39,039 bases of DNA from a virus (lineage: Duplodnaviria > Caudoviricetes), in IMG/VR virus record IMGVR_UViG_3300043493_000025, positions 1 to 39,039 of that record; one strand, 5' to 3'. The notes under the pieces were generated by a model. The model made no database searches. It had not been told where the DNA came from and saw only the letters and a program-made list of their open reading frames with translations. Within the stretch, counting starts at the first letter, position 1. Every line of letters starts with the position of its first letter. Positions 19,903 through 28,941 of the stretch are shown one piece after another. Position numbers and translations under genes: made by a program.

Positions 19903-22215
19903 ATGCCACGCGATTCAAGCGGCAATTACACCCTGCCACCGGGCAACCCGGTGGTCGGCGGCACGACGGTCACGACCGCGTGGGCCAATCCGACGATGAC
20001 GGACATCGGGGCCGAGCTAACTAATTCGCTCGACCGTTCGGGGCGCGGCGGCATGCTGGCCCCCTTCAAGTTCGCAGACGGCACCGTCGGGGCTCCCGGC
20101 ATCACGTGGAACGCGGAGCCCACGTCCGGCATCTTCCGTGCGGCGGGCAACGACATGCAGGCCGTGATTGCAGGCGTCCCGCGCATGCGCTGGACGGCGT
20201 CGAGCGTCGATGTGTGGGACACCGGCACTTCGACGTGGCTACCCATCGTCGGCCCGTCCGGCTCGACTTACGCGCTGGTAGGTAGTCCTAACATCTTTAC
20301 CGCGATCAACACGTTCAACACGACGACCATTTTCAAGGGAAGCGGCAGCGCTTCGGGCACCTCGGCCATTTCGCTGCAGTCGATCCTGCCAGTGATCTAC
20401 TTCGTCGACACCGATGCGGCGGTAGATCGCAAGAAAATGCGGATCTACAACTCGGCGGGCGGCGCGGTCTGGGACTGGCAGAACGACGCCGAAAGCGTCA
20501 CGCGCGCGGCGTTCAACATCACGTTGAACGGCGGCGTCACGGCCATAGCCTTCGGCAATTCGACCGACAATACGACTTTCACCTTTAACGGCACGGGTCT
20601 AGCTACCTTCGGCGGTGCGGCTACCATCACCGGTATCCTCCAAGTCAACGGCGATCACATCAAGCTAGCCAATACCGACGTGTACTTCGAGTGGAACGAG
20701 ACCGACGTCGCGGCCGACGAGAAGATCTGGTGGGGGCGCGCGTCGAGCAGCCAGTGGAGTCTATCTACCCGTACCGATGCGGGCGCGGTCGGGCAGGACG
20801 CTTTCCGTGTGGCGCGTACCGGGGTCGCGGTCACGCAGGTCATCTTCGGCAACGCTACCAGCAATCCGACCTTCACCTTCTTGGGCACTGGCATCATCAC
20901 GCTCGGCGGCGCGGTGAGTTTAAACGCACCGCTCAACATCGCCTCGGCGCGGCCGGGCTTGAACTTTAACGAGACCGATCAGGCGCTCGACGAGAAGCGC
21001 TGGCGGCTCGACATTCAGAGCAAGACCTACTCGTGGCAGACCACCGATGATGCGATTAGCGTGGCGCGCGACTTCATCTCGGTGGCGCGCGGTACGGGCA
21101 TCGCAATCAGTGGCATCGCTTTTGGCAATGCGACCGACAACCCTAACTACAACTTCAACGGCACCGGGCCGGTGTTCGCGGCGGGGCCTTTCTTGGGACC
21201 TGCGGGTGCGGTCGGCACGCCGAGCCATTCGTTTTCGGGCGACACCAACACCGGCATGTTCAGCCTTGGCGCGGACTGGCTGGGGTTCGCGGCGGGCGGC
21301 TCGGTGACGCGCTTCAGCGTGTCAGCGGCGCTTGTCACCAACCAGTACGCCATCAACATCACCGGTGCCCTTGCAACCGGTCGCCTGTCAAGCGACGGGG
21401 CGAACAACCGCATCCAGACGATAGCCAGTTACTACGACGATTCGGTCATCGAGGTTGCAGTCGGCGTCACCGCAGGCTTCCAGACCGGCGTCGTGTTCGG
21501 CGCGCGCTCGACTACTAACAACTCTGGCGAGGGCGCTAACTTCTTCATCCGTGGCGTGAGCGCGTTCAAGATCGACAACGCGGCGATCACCAGCACCAAG
21601 GTGATCCTCGCGCCCGCAGGTGCGCTCGCAGGTCCCGGCCATGCTTTCTCGGCCGATGTCGATACGGGTTTGTTCCTCGCCTCAGCGGGGCAGATGCAGT
21701 TGGTGGCTGGTGGCGTTGCGCAGGCCGAGGCGCTCGGCACGCCATTCACCGCCGTCAATCGCTTGCGCGCTCTGACTGTGCTCTCGGTGCAGGACGGCAC
21801 GGCGGCCAATCCGTCGCTCGCCTTCGATTCGGACATCGACACGGGCTTCTACCACTTAGGCACCGATGCCATCGGCGCAGCCGAGGGTGGCGTGGGCTTT
21901 CGCATCGGCTACCGCAACGTGCCGCGCTCAAGCACCACGACCACGGCGGCCATCGGTGATGTCGGCAAGTGCATCCCGATCACGGCGACCATTGCCATCC
22001 CGGTCTCGACGTTCGCGGCAGGCGATGCGCTGTCTATCTACAACGACTCGGCGGGCGCGCTCACCGTTACCTGCACCACACCGACCTTGCGCCTTGCGGG
22101 TACGACCACGGCGGGCACCACGCGCACGCTTGCGGCGCGCGGCATGATGACGTTGTGGTTCAACACGGGTGGCTCGTCACCTGATGTCATCTGCTCGGGT
22201 CCCGGTGTCTCCTGA
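19903..22215 (+). CDS. Tail fibre protein
   Basis: MPRDSSGNYTLPPGNPVVGGT N-terminal anchor; Thr/Gly/Ala-rich; two families of internal repeats. Confidence 0.82.
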   Translation: MPRDSSGNYTLPPGNPVVGGTTVTTAWANPTMTDIGAELTNSLDRSGRGGMLAPFKFADGTVGAPGITWNAEPTSGIFRAAGNDMQAVIAGVPRMRWTASSVDVWDTGTSTWLPIVGPSGSTYALVGSPNIFTAINTFNTTTIFKGSGSASGTSAISLQSILPVIYFVDTDAAVDRKKMRIYNSAGGAVWDWQNDAESVTRAAFNITLNGGVTAIAFGNSTDNTTFTFNGTGLATFGGAATITGILQVNGDHIKLANTDVYFEWNETDVAADEKIWWGRASSSQWSLSTRTDAGAVGQDAFRVARTGVAVTQVIFGNATSNPTFTFLGTGIITLGGAVSLNAPLNIASARPGLNFNETDQALDEKRWRLDIQSKTYSWQTTDDAISVARDFISVARGTGIAISGIAFGNATDNPNYNFNGTGPVFAAGPFLGPAGAVGTPSHSFSGDTNTGMFSLGADWLGFAAGGSVTRFSVSAALVTNQYAINITGALATGRLSSDGANNRIQTIASYYDDSVIEVAVGVTAGFQTGVVFGARSTTNNSGEGANFFIRGVSAFKIDNAAITSTKVILAPAGALAGPGHAFSADVDTGLFLASAGQMQLVAGGVAQAEALGTPFTAVNRLRALTVLSVQDGTAANPSLAFDSDIDTGFYHLGTDAIGAAEGGVGFRIGYRNVPRSSTTTTAAIGDVGKCIPITATIAIPVSTFAAGDALSIYNDSAGALTVTCTTPTLRLAGTTTAGTTRTLAARGMMTLWFNTGGSSPDVICSGPGVS

Positions 22216-22625
22216 TGAGCGGTATCCAGCAGATGCTGATGGGCGCGGCCGGGGACCGGCTCGACATGACGTTCGTCGCGCCGACCAGCGCAGTCGTCGG
22301 CACGGCAATAGTTAGTTTCCAGCTTAATGCGGCTGGCGACATCATCGCCACCCAGACCAACAACACCACGGCAGACCGGGGCGACTGGATCGCGCCGAAG
22401 CAGAACGCCGCGCTCTACGAGGTGCAGGCGACGCTCCTGACGGGCGGGCCTCTAACTAGCGGCACGATGGGCGCGTACGTCGCGCTCAACATCAGCCGCA
22501 CGTGGACCTACAACGTGGTCGCGGTGCAGGATCTGACCGCGACCGTGCGCTACGACTTCCGCCGCATCGGCGACACTTTCATCGTCAACTCGCAGGTCGT
22601 TACGTTCCACGGCATAGGTAGTTAG
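22215..22625 (+). CDS. Tail fibre-associated small protein
   Basis: TGATG coupling to the fibre gene; MSGIQQMLMGAA start; beta-rich. Confidence 0.55.
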   Translation: MSGIQQMLMGAAGDRLDMTFVAPTSAVVGTAIVSFQLNAAGDIIATQTNNTTADRGDWIAPKQNAALYEVQATLLTGGPLTSGTMGAYVALNISRTWTYNVVAVQDLTATVRYDFRRIGDTFIVNSQVVTFHGIGS

Positions 22626-22634
22626 GAGAAGATC

Positions 22635-22823
22635 ATGGTATCCACATTGCTGACTCTGTTCATCATCCTCGCCATCGCAGCATTGCTCTGGTGGGGCATG
22701 TCGCAGCTTCCACTTCCGCCCGTGGTGAAGACCGTCCTCACGGTCATCTTCGGGGTGGTGATCCTCATTCTCATCTACAACATGTTCGTGGGTGGCGGGC
22801 ACACCATCAGGATCAATCCATGA
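22635..22823 (+). CDS. Two-TM small membrane protein (holin candidate)
   Basis: AGGAG RBS; two hydrophobic segments separated by QLPLPPVVK. Confidence 0.55.
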   Translation: MVSTLLTLFIILAIAALLWWGMSQLPLPPVVKTVLTVIFGVVILILIYNMFVGGGHTIRINP

Positions 22824-24343
22824 GGTGGCCGTACCAGCACACGCCCTATCTATCGGCGCTGCCGGGGCTCGCAGGTCCCGGCATGGACGTGACTGCGGGA
22901 GACCGGCCCAGCAAGCTGTACTTCGTTGACTCGCTGGAGAACGTCAAGACGGGTGGGCCAGCGCCGGAGCTAGGGCCTAACTGCTTCAAGGGCACGCTTT
23001 GGTGGTGCTGGTACGCCGATCAGGGCGAGGGCTTCCACAAGTGGATGATGCCGCTCAAGGGTGGCTACGCCTATCTGGGGCGCGGCATGAATGCCCCTGA
23101 TGGTGTCGGCAACTTCGATTACGTCGGCCACAGCGCGCCCGGTGCGGGGCTTTTCATCCAGACCGCTGCCATGTATGTACGGGGCAGCAACTCGCGCATC
23201 TGGCACATGCCAAGCTGGGTCGGCGACCTGCCCTCGGTAGATGGGCCTGACAAGTTCCGCGCAGATCAACGAGACGCGCTGCAAGGCAGCACGCCTAACT
23301 TCGACACGGGGCGCGTCGCGCACATCAACTGCGAAGGTCGCTGGTCGATGGATGAGACGGTGCAGTTCTGGTACGCGACCAACGGCATCGGCTGGCTGAG
23401 AGGGGCTATCTACGAGCCGCTGCACATCCCGCCTGACTTTGCGATGCCCGAAGGCAGCCATCACGAGGCGGGGGTCGACCACGGCTTCGGGCATCTGCTC
23501 TCGGGCCGTGCCGACCTTGCGCTGTCGATGCAGTCGCTCTACGCGCATACCACCGACCGCAATCCGTTGGTCGCAACGCCTAACTATTCGCATGTCAACT
23601 GCCTGCACTACAACCACGGACGCACCTACATCGGCCGGGGCGAGGCAGTCAACATCGACGACAATGGCGACCACAACGCAGCCGATGGTCGCACGATGCA
23701 GGCGAACATCGTCGGCAACGTCACGGTCAGGGGGCCGGAGCAGGGCGACTCGATGGTGCTGGCGCGCATCCGGGAAGTGACCGAGGGGTCGACGGGGCAC
23801 GCGGCATGGAACTCCTGCTTCGGCTGGCCGTCACCAGAGACGCAGGAGGGCTTCTACCATGACGGTGTGCCGACTAACTACTTGCGCCCGCTACCGCGCC
23901 GCCCGGCGTGGCCGCTCGGGCTTGCGTTTGACTATGACGGGGTGCTTAAACCGTGCGCCGACCCGCTCAACCCCAAGGTGCAGGAGGGGCTCGCGTTCGT
24001 CGATCTCATGCGACGCTCCGTTGGTTGCATGCCTGCGCGCCGCTATCTCTACAAGGGCGGCATCAACAAGGTCTGCGACCAGATCGAGGCGGCGCTGCGC
24101 GGGGTAGTTAGTCCGCCGCAGTACGTCAACACGGTCGAGGAAGCGGGCGGGTGGCCCGAGGTGCCGTCAGGCTCCATCGACCCTCTCAACCCGAGCGCCG
24201 ACTGGCACGCGCCATTCCCGCTCGGAGCCGACCGCGACGAGGTGTACGACTCCGGCTTCCTCGTCGACGGTAGCTCGCGGGCGGGACTCAACAAGATCCG
24301 GGAGTGGGTGGCTAATCAGTACCACTACACCACGGGGCGCTAG
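22820..24343 (+). CDS. Pectate lyase (PL1)-like beta-helix protein, putative depolymerase
   Basis: Start at ATGA overlap 22820; co-linear PL1-like motifs ALPGLAGPG, GHSAPGAG, RDAL, WSMDE, EPL..H...DHGFG, YAHTTDRNP, NIVGN...GP, EAGGWP. Confidence 0.68.
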   Translation: MRWPYQHTPYLSALPGLAGPGMDVTAGDRPSKLYFVDSLENVKTGGPAPELGPNCFKGTLWWCWYADQGEGFHKWMMPLKGGYAYLGRGMNAPDGVGNFDYVGHSAPGAGLFIQTAAMYVRGSNSRIWHMPSWVGDLPSVDGPDKFRADQRDALQGSTPNFDTGRVAHINCEGRWSMDETVQFWYATNGIGWLRGAIYEPLHIPPDFAMPEGSHHEAGVDHGFGHLLSGRADLALSMQSLYAHTTDRNPLVATPNYSHVNCLHYNHGRTYIGRGEAVNIDDNGDHNAADGRTMQANIVGNVTVRGPEQGDSMVLARIREVTEGSTGHAAWNSCFGWPSPETQEGFYHDGVPTNYLRPLPRRPAWPLGLAFDYDGVLKPCADPLNPKVQEGLAFVDLMRRSVGCMPARRYLYKGGINKVCDQIEAALRGVVSPPQYVNTVEEAGGWPEVPSGSIDPLNPSADWHAPFPLGADRDEVYDSGFLVDGSSRAGLNKIREWVANQYHYTTGR

Positions 24344-24537
24344 TTAGGCGTGCTCAGGACTTCTTCGGGGTCGATGGGCTGCGAGCCGTTGAGCTTCGGG
24401 GAGTTCGCCTGCTCGCGCAGCTTGGCGAGCAGGTGTGTCATGTTGGCGTTGGCGACGGTGCCGAATGATACGTTGGACAGCACGGTGCCGACGAAGTCGA
24501 GTTCCTGCGGGGTGAGTTCGATCCGAATGTCGCGCAT
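24340..24537 (-). CDS. Small hypothetical protein
   Basis: GGAG-T-GTTTAAAC-ATG start (MRDIRIELTPQELDF...); converges on the pectate-lyase-like gene. Confidence 0.7.
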   Translation of the reverse strand: MRDIRIELTPQELDFVGTVLSNVSFGTVANANMTHLLAKLREQANSPKLNGSQPIDPEEVLSTPN

Positions 24538-24550
24538 GTTTAAACACTCC

Positions 24551-24579
24551 AAAAGAAAAGGGGGCCTTGAAGGCCCCCT
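24551..24579 (-). terminator. Rho-independent terminator
   Basis: On - strand: AGGGGGCC-TTCAA-GGCCCCCT followed by TTTCTTTT. Confidence 0.8.
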
Positions 24580-24599
24580 GCGTATAACACCAACCTGAC

Positions 24600-25436
24600 T
24601 TACCAGCCAGCCTTGGCGAGGCAGATCGGGCCAATGCCGATCTCGATGCTCTGCGGATCAGTCAGCGGGCGCGAGCAGCACGAGCAGCGACCGGTCAGGA
24701 TGCCGCTTTCCTTCGCGGCCTTCGCCGGGTCGGCTTCGATGATGTCGAGCGTCTGGATGGCGCGCTTCGTGGCGTCGTCGGAGAGGCCACGCGGCAGGGC
24801 GCGGAAGGCGTGCGACGCGGTGTTGACCGAGCCAAACAGGGTGCCGTCGAACTTGAGCCAGATCACCGATCCGTCGTTCTTCAGCGAAGCCTTGAAGTCG
24901 CCGACCGAGAAGTGCGCGAAGGCGTCGAGGCTAACTACCTTGCACAGGTTCGGGTAGAGCTTGGCGGCGGGAGCGGCCGGGGCATCGCCGTCAGTGTGGA
25001 ACTGTGCGACCAAGCGGCCGACGTGCGGGCGCTGGCGGTCGGTGAACGAGCCGTAGCGTTTAAACCCTGCGAGCAGCGAGGTGGCGAAGTCCACGTCGCG
25101 GGCAGCGAGGCGCGGCAGGTAATCGCCGAGGCGCTCGGCAAGCTGCGCGTCGCTCACGCCGCTGGTCGGGCAGGCAGCGAGCGGGGTGTGCGGCACAATC
25201 GGGGCGGGAGCGGCGAGGCCAGCGAGGCGCGCAGCGTGCGGGCGCTGCTTGTCGGTGAAGCTGCCGTACTTGGTGAAGCCGTCGATGAGCGAGCGGGCGA
25301 ACTGCGTGTCGCGCTCGGCGATGTTCGGGTAGTTCTGCAGGAGCGCGCGGGCGATCTCCTGATCGTTCGAGGGAGCGGCGGCGACGGGTTCGTGCTTGAC
25401 GATCTGCTGCGCGGCCTGCTGTTTCCAATCTTTCAT
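24600..25436 (-). CDS. DUF6011-type Zn-finger protein with an N-terminal tandem repeat
   Basis: C-terminal GRCSCCSRPLTDPQSIEIGIGPIC; two copies of RD..FA.SL..GF..YGSFTD.QRPH..RL; GGAG RBS before ATG 25436. Confidence 0.72.
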   Translation of the reverse strand: MKDWKQQAAQQIVKHEPVAAAPSNDQEIARALLQNYPNIAERDTQFARSLIDGFTKYGSFTDKQRPHAARLAGLAAPAPIVPHTPLAACPTSGVSDAQLAERLGDYLPRLAARDVDFATSLLAGFKRYGSFTDRQRPHVGRLVAQFHTDGDAPAAPAAKLYPNLCKVVSLDAFAHFSVGDFKASLKNDGSVIWLKFDGTLFGSVNTASHAFRALPRGLSDDATKRAIQTLDIIEADPAKAAKESGILTGRCSCCSRPLTDPQSIEIGIGPICLAKAGW

Positions 25437-25480
25437 TCGAGGGTCTCCGTGAAGGGGCGCACCACGCGCCCACAACCCGG

Positions 25481-25511
25481 AGATTACAGACCCCTGTTGA
25501 CGATGTCAACA
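25481..25511 (-). promoter_or_regulatory. Sigma70-like promoter with overlapping palindromic operator
   Basis: TTGACA-17 nt-TAATCT on - strand; TGTTGAC-GAT-GTCAACA at 25495-25511. Confidence 0.75.
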
Positions 25512-25512
25512 C

Positions 25513-26034
25513 CTACCGGATGGGCTCGGTCGGATGGAACTGCGGATTCGGGGGTTCCTTCGGCCAGTCGGGGTCGGCCAGCTTGTCCGGGCCGCCCTTG
25601 AGCGGCCAGTCGGCAAGGCGCGGCCCCGCATCAGGCTGATTCTCAGGCCCTGTGGCAGGCGCTGGGGCTGGCTGGGGTGGTGGCAGCGCCCCCTCGGCCT
25701 GCGCCTCGCCGGGCCAGCCGGGCGGGGCCACGGCAGGGCTTTCGTAGTGCTCGCGCGGGGCGCGTCCCAGCATGAATTCCTCATGGCAGTAGCCGCGCGG
25801 GATGTTCACCACGCCGTACTGGTCGCGCGGCGGCACCAGCACCGCGCCGCTGACCGAGTGGTGACTGTGCAGGGTCATCTCGTCGAGCCGTTCGTTCAGC
25901 GTCTTGATCTCGGCGCACGCCTTGGCGAGTAGTTCGGCAACCACTTCGAGCTTCTCGTTGGCGTTCTTCTCGCGCCAGTACTTGTCGCGCATGGGGAAAG
26001 TGCTGCTGCCGATGTTTTGTCCTGTGTAGTTCAT
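25513..26034 (-). CDS. Hypothetical protein with Pro-rich C-terminus
   Basis: GGAG-AC-TAGTTAG-ATG start; fits operon tiling. Confidence 0.7.
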   Translation of the reverse strand: MNYTGQNIGSSTFPMRDKYWREKNANEKLEVVAELLAKACAEIKTLNERLDEMTLHSHHSVSGAVLVPPRDQYGVVNIPRGYCHEEFMLGRAPREHYESPAVAPPGWPGEAQAEGALPPPQPAPAPATGPENQPDAGPRLADWPLKGGPDKLADPDWPKEPPNPQFHPTEPIR

Positions 26035-26331
26035 CTAACTAGTCTCCTTGTCGATCTTCTTGGTGAGGTCGGTGATGGTCATGTTGCCGACGATATTGCT
26101 GCCGGTCAGGCGCTGCACCTCGTCGCGGAACGAGCGCGCCATCATCAGCTTCCAGCCCTGCCACAGGGTGTTGTCGGCCTCGGCGAGCGAGTGGCGCAGG
26201 GAGCCTAACAACACCGCGCCGATGAGGTTGTCCATCTCGGCGTAGTAGCAGTTGATGAACTCGCCCTCGATCTTGAAGGCGAGCCGGTACGGCGGCTTCT
26301 TCTCGGGGCGCACGTCGATCACGGTCTTCAC
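26035..26331 (-). CDS. Hypothetical protein
   Basis: GTGA-coupled start at 26331; RLAFKIEGEFINCYYAEMD..GAVLLGSL. Confidence 0.65.
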   Translation of the reverse strand: MKTVIDVRPEKKPPYRLAFKIEGEFINCYYAEMDNLIGAVLLGSLRHSLAEADNTLWQGWKLMMARSFRDEVQRLTGSNIVGNMTITDLTKKIDKETS

Positions 26332-26600
26332 GCAGGCAATTCCCAGTTGTGCAGGTACAGGTCGGGGCGGATCTCGGCGGGCTTGACGCCGAGCAGGCGG
26401 GCGAGCGGCAGCGCCCACTCGGCGGGCACCTTGGTCGAGGGCTTCTTGCGCGCCCGGATGATGTAGATAGCCACGGTCGAATGGTTGGCATGGCCGAGTG
26501 CCTTGCCTAGATCGACCCGCGAATGCTTGGCCGCCGCGTACACCAGAGGGTGTACGTGGCGACCGTCGAGCAGCAGGGTCTGGTTGAGGGATTTACTCAT
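26328..26600 (-). CDS. Cro/YdaS-like HTH transcriptional regulator
   Basis: HTH-like LGKALGHANHSTV and VPAEWALPLARLLGVKPAEIRPDLY signature. Confidence 0.75.
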   Translation of the reverse strand: MSKSLNQTLLLDGRHVHPLVYAAAKHSRVDLGKALGHANHSTVAIYIIRARKKPSTKVPAEWALPLARLLGVKPAEIRPDLYLHNWELPA

Positions 26601-27987
26601 GTCGTTTGTCCTTGAGTGCGTTCATCAGGGCGTTCTGGCCGCGCGCCTTGTGGCGCAGTGCGTCCAGCACATCTCCGTCGATGGTATCAACCGCGACGAT
26701 GTAATGGAAGGTGACGGGCTTGGTCTGGCCCTGACGCCACACGCGCGCGTTGAACTGGTCGAATTCCTCCAAGTTCCACGTGAGCGAGAACCAGCACACC
26801 GCGTTGCCACCGGCCTGAAGGTTTAAACCGTGCGCCACCGAGGTCGGGTGCGCGAGCAGCACCGGGATGGAACCAGCATTCCACTGGCTGACAATCTTGG
26901 CCGACTCGTTCGCCGACACGCCGCCGCCTAGATAGGGCACCGGCAGCCCTAACTTCTTGCGGATCGCGTCGACTTCGTGCTGGAAGGCGACGGCCACCAA
27001 GAGGGGCTGGCCTTCCTGCTCGTCGATCAGGTCGGCGAGCGCGTCGAGCTTGGCGTCGTGGACCGAGTGCGAGACCTGCGTCGCCGTGATGCCCATGTCG
27101 CCGCCGCTCGAACCGTACACGCCGCCGCTAGCTACCTGTCGCAGCTTCATGCCCTTGGCGGCAGCATTGGCAGCGGTCACGAGGCCCGAGCCGATCTCGC
27201 TGTAAAAGTCGTCCTCAAGATCCTTGTAGACCTTGCGCGCGGCGCTCGGCAGTTCGACCTTGATGAAGTTCTCGATCTTGCGCGGCATCTGTAGATAGTC
27301 CTCGACGCGCAGCGCGAGCGTCACGTCGGCGATCTTCTTCTGCACACGTTCCTGCGTGTCGCGGCGCGGGTGCCAGAGCGAATAACCGAACTGCTTTTCC
27401 TCGTAGAAGTATTCGCGGCGGAAGTGGGTGATGTACTTGCCGAGGCGCTCGCCGCCGTCGAGCATGAAGATCTGCCCGAAGACGTTCTCGATGCCGTTCG
27501 GGGCAGGCGTGCCGGTCAGAATCCACACGCGGCTGAAGCGGTCGCGCATGCGCTTCATGATTTTGTAGCGCAGGGTCTGCGTGTTCTTGATCTTGGTCGA
27601 CTCGTCGAGGCACAGCACGTCGAAGGGCATCGGCTTGCCCGCGAGTTCCGTCTCAAGCCACGACAGGCCCTCGTAGTTGATAACGTAAACGTCGGCCTTT
27701 TCCTTGAGGCGCTCGGCCTTCTTGGGGCCATGCAGCACGACATGCTTCAGGCCCGCGAAGTCGGTCCACTTGGCGATCTCGCCCGGCCACACGATGGACA
27801 TGGGGCGCAGGGGCGCGACGACCAGCATGGCCTTCGCGGCATTGTTTTCCTTCAGCACCGAGAACGCGGCCAAGGTGGTCGAGGTCTTGCCGAGACCGGG
27901 CTCGGCGAACAGGCCGTAACCGGGCTTGGAAAGCATGTCGCCGATGGCGCGCATCTGGTAGGGGTGGGGGGTCCAATTGATGGTCAT
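26593..27987 (-). CDS. SNF2-family (SF2) helicase
   Basis: EPGLGKT, LDEST, LTGTP, HGLNLQ and QFNARVWRQGQ motifs. Confidence 0.92.
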   Translation of the reverse strand: MTINWTPHPYQMRAIGDMLSKPGYGLFAEPGLGKTSTTLAAFSVLKENNAAKAMLVVAPLRPMSIVWPGEIAKWTDFAGLKHVVLHGPKKAERLKEKADVYVINYEGLSWLETELAGKPMPFDVLCLDESTKIKNTQTLRYKIMKRMRDRFSRVWILTGTPAPNGIENVFGQIFMLDGGERLGKYITHFRREYFYEEKQFGYSLWHPRRDTQERVQKKIADVTLALRVEDYLQMPRKIENFIKVELPSAARKVYKDLEDDFYSEIGSGLVTAANAAAKGMKLRQVASGGVYGSSGGDMGITATQVSHSVHDAKLDALADLIDEQEGQPLLVAVAFQHEVDAIRKKLGLPVPYLGGGVSANESAKIVSQWNAGSIPVLLAHPTSVAHGLNLQAGGNAVCWFSLTWNLEEFDQFNARVWRQGQTKPVTFHYIVAVDTIDGDVLDALRHKARGQNALMNALKDKRHE

Positions 27988-28457
27988 TCCGTTCTCCGTG
28001 AGGGCGCACCACGCGCCACGGATCGGAGCTTGACAGGTTGCGTTGATACTGTCAACAGGACGCGGAAGGCCTGCAGGTCGTCGATCTTCTCGGCCGGGAA
28101 GCCCATCTGGGTGAAGATGCCCATGAAGTGGCGCTGGATCTTCTCAAGGCCCCGCCCCCGGCGCTTCAGTTCCACCAGCACGGCGCGTCCACCGGGGCAC
28201 ATCAGGATGCGGTCAGGAAGCCCTACGACGCTGCCCTGCAGCTTGAGGAACAGGCAGCCTGCCTTGGTAGCCGCTGCCCGGCAGGACCGCTCCAGCGAAC
28301 TCTCAAGCGGCCTCCGGGCAGATTTTGCGGAAGGCGCACCAGCCGCAGTGGTTGCCGGGGCGGAAAGGGAAGATGGTCGCGCCCGTGAGGCGGCCCGCGC
28401 GCTGCTCCCACTTTTTGGCGAGCTTCGCCGCGCTCTCGCGTTTAAACGTCTTGTCAT
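27984..28457 (-). CDS. VRR-NUC domain nuclease (start uncertain)
   Basis: LESSLE, GLPDRILM and LVELKR..G....Q motifs; the domain begins near 28307 and the only in-frame ATG is at 28457. Confidence 0.78.
   Translation of the reverse strand: MTRRLNARARRSSPKSGSSARAASRARPSSLSAPATTAAGAPSAKSARRPLESSLERSCRAAATKAGCLFLKLQGSVVGLPDRILMCPGGRAVLVELKRRGRGLEKIQRHFMGIFTQMGFPAEKIDDLQAFRVLLTVSTQPVKLRSVARGAPSRRTE
28027..28056 (-). promoter_or_regulatory. Putative promoter/operator upstream of the helicase
   Basis: TTGACA-17 nt-CAAGCT; GTTGATACTGTCAAC near-palindrome; followed by the conserved leader hairpin. Confidence 0.55.
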
Positions 28458-28941
28458 GGGGTTCCTCGTGATCGAGATACCAGAGTTCGCCTAGCACGGC
28501 CTGCGCCTCGTCGTACATCGAGAAGGCCATGAGGGCGTACACCTCGACCTGCTCCATGTTGGCGCGGTACGGCTTGCCGGTCTTGAAGTCGATCACCCTA
28601 ACTACTCCGTTGGGCATCCGGTAGTGCGCGTCGATCTTGCCGCGCAGCCACAGGTCTTCTCCTACCTGCCGTGCGTGCCAGCCATCAGTGAACTCCCACG
28701 CCTGCTCCGGGGTGGCTTTGATGTCGCGCAGTAGTTCGATCTGGTGAGCCCACGCGGGGGTGATAACCGGCGGCAGCGAGTCGAGGGTGCCTAGCAGAAA
28801 CTTTTCAATCTGTTCGTGTATCTGCGTCCCCCGACTCGCTGCGGGTGCTTCGATGCCGGGCACCTTCTTGTTGTAAGCGTAATCATACTTGGCCGGGCAG
28901 GTTTCGAAGTCCTTGAGGCGCGAGACAGTCCAGTGAGTCAT
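28303..28941 (-). CDS. PD-(D/E)XK Cas4/RecB-like exonuclease
   Basis: SRLKDFETCP, RGKIDA, VIDFKTGK and C-terminal HCGWCAFRKIC Cys cluster. Confidence 0.88.
   Translation of the reverse strand: MTHWTVSRLKDFETCPAKYDYAYNKKVPGIEAPAASRGTQIHEQIEKFLLGTLDSLPPVITPAWAHQIELLRDIKATPEQAWEFTDGWHARQVGEDLWLRGKIDAHYRMPNGVVRVIDFKTGKPYRANMEQVEVYALMAFSMYDEAQAVLGELWYLDHEEPHDKTFKRESAAKLAKKWEQRAGRLTGATIFPFRPGNHCGWCAFRKICPEAA

Noticed and set aside
19903-22625. Diversity-generating retroelement or invertible tail-fibre cassette
   Set aside because: No reverse transcriptase, invertase or nucleotide-level template/variable repeat pair seen; the fibre repeats are diverged protein repeats
28303-28941. Cas4 as part of a CRISPR system
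   Set aside because: No other cas genes or array; Cas4-like exonucleases are routine in phage replication modules
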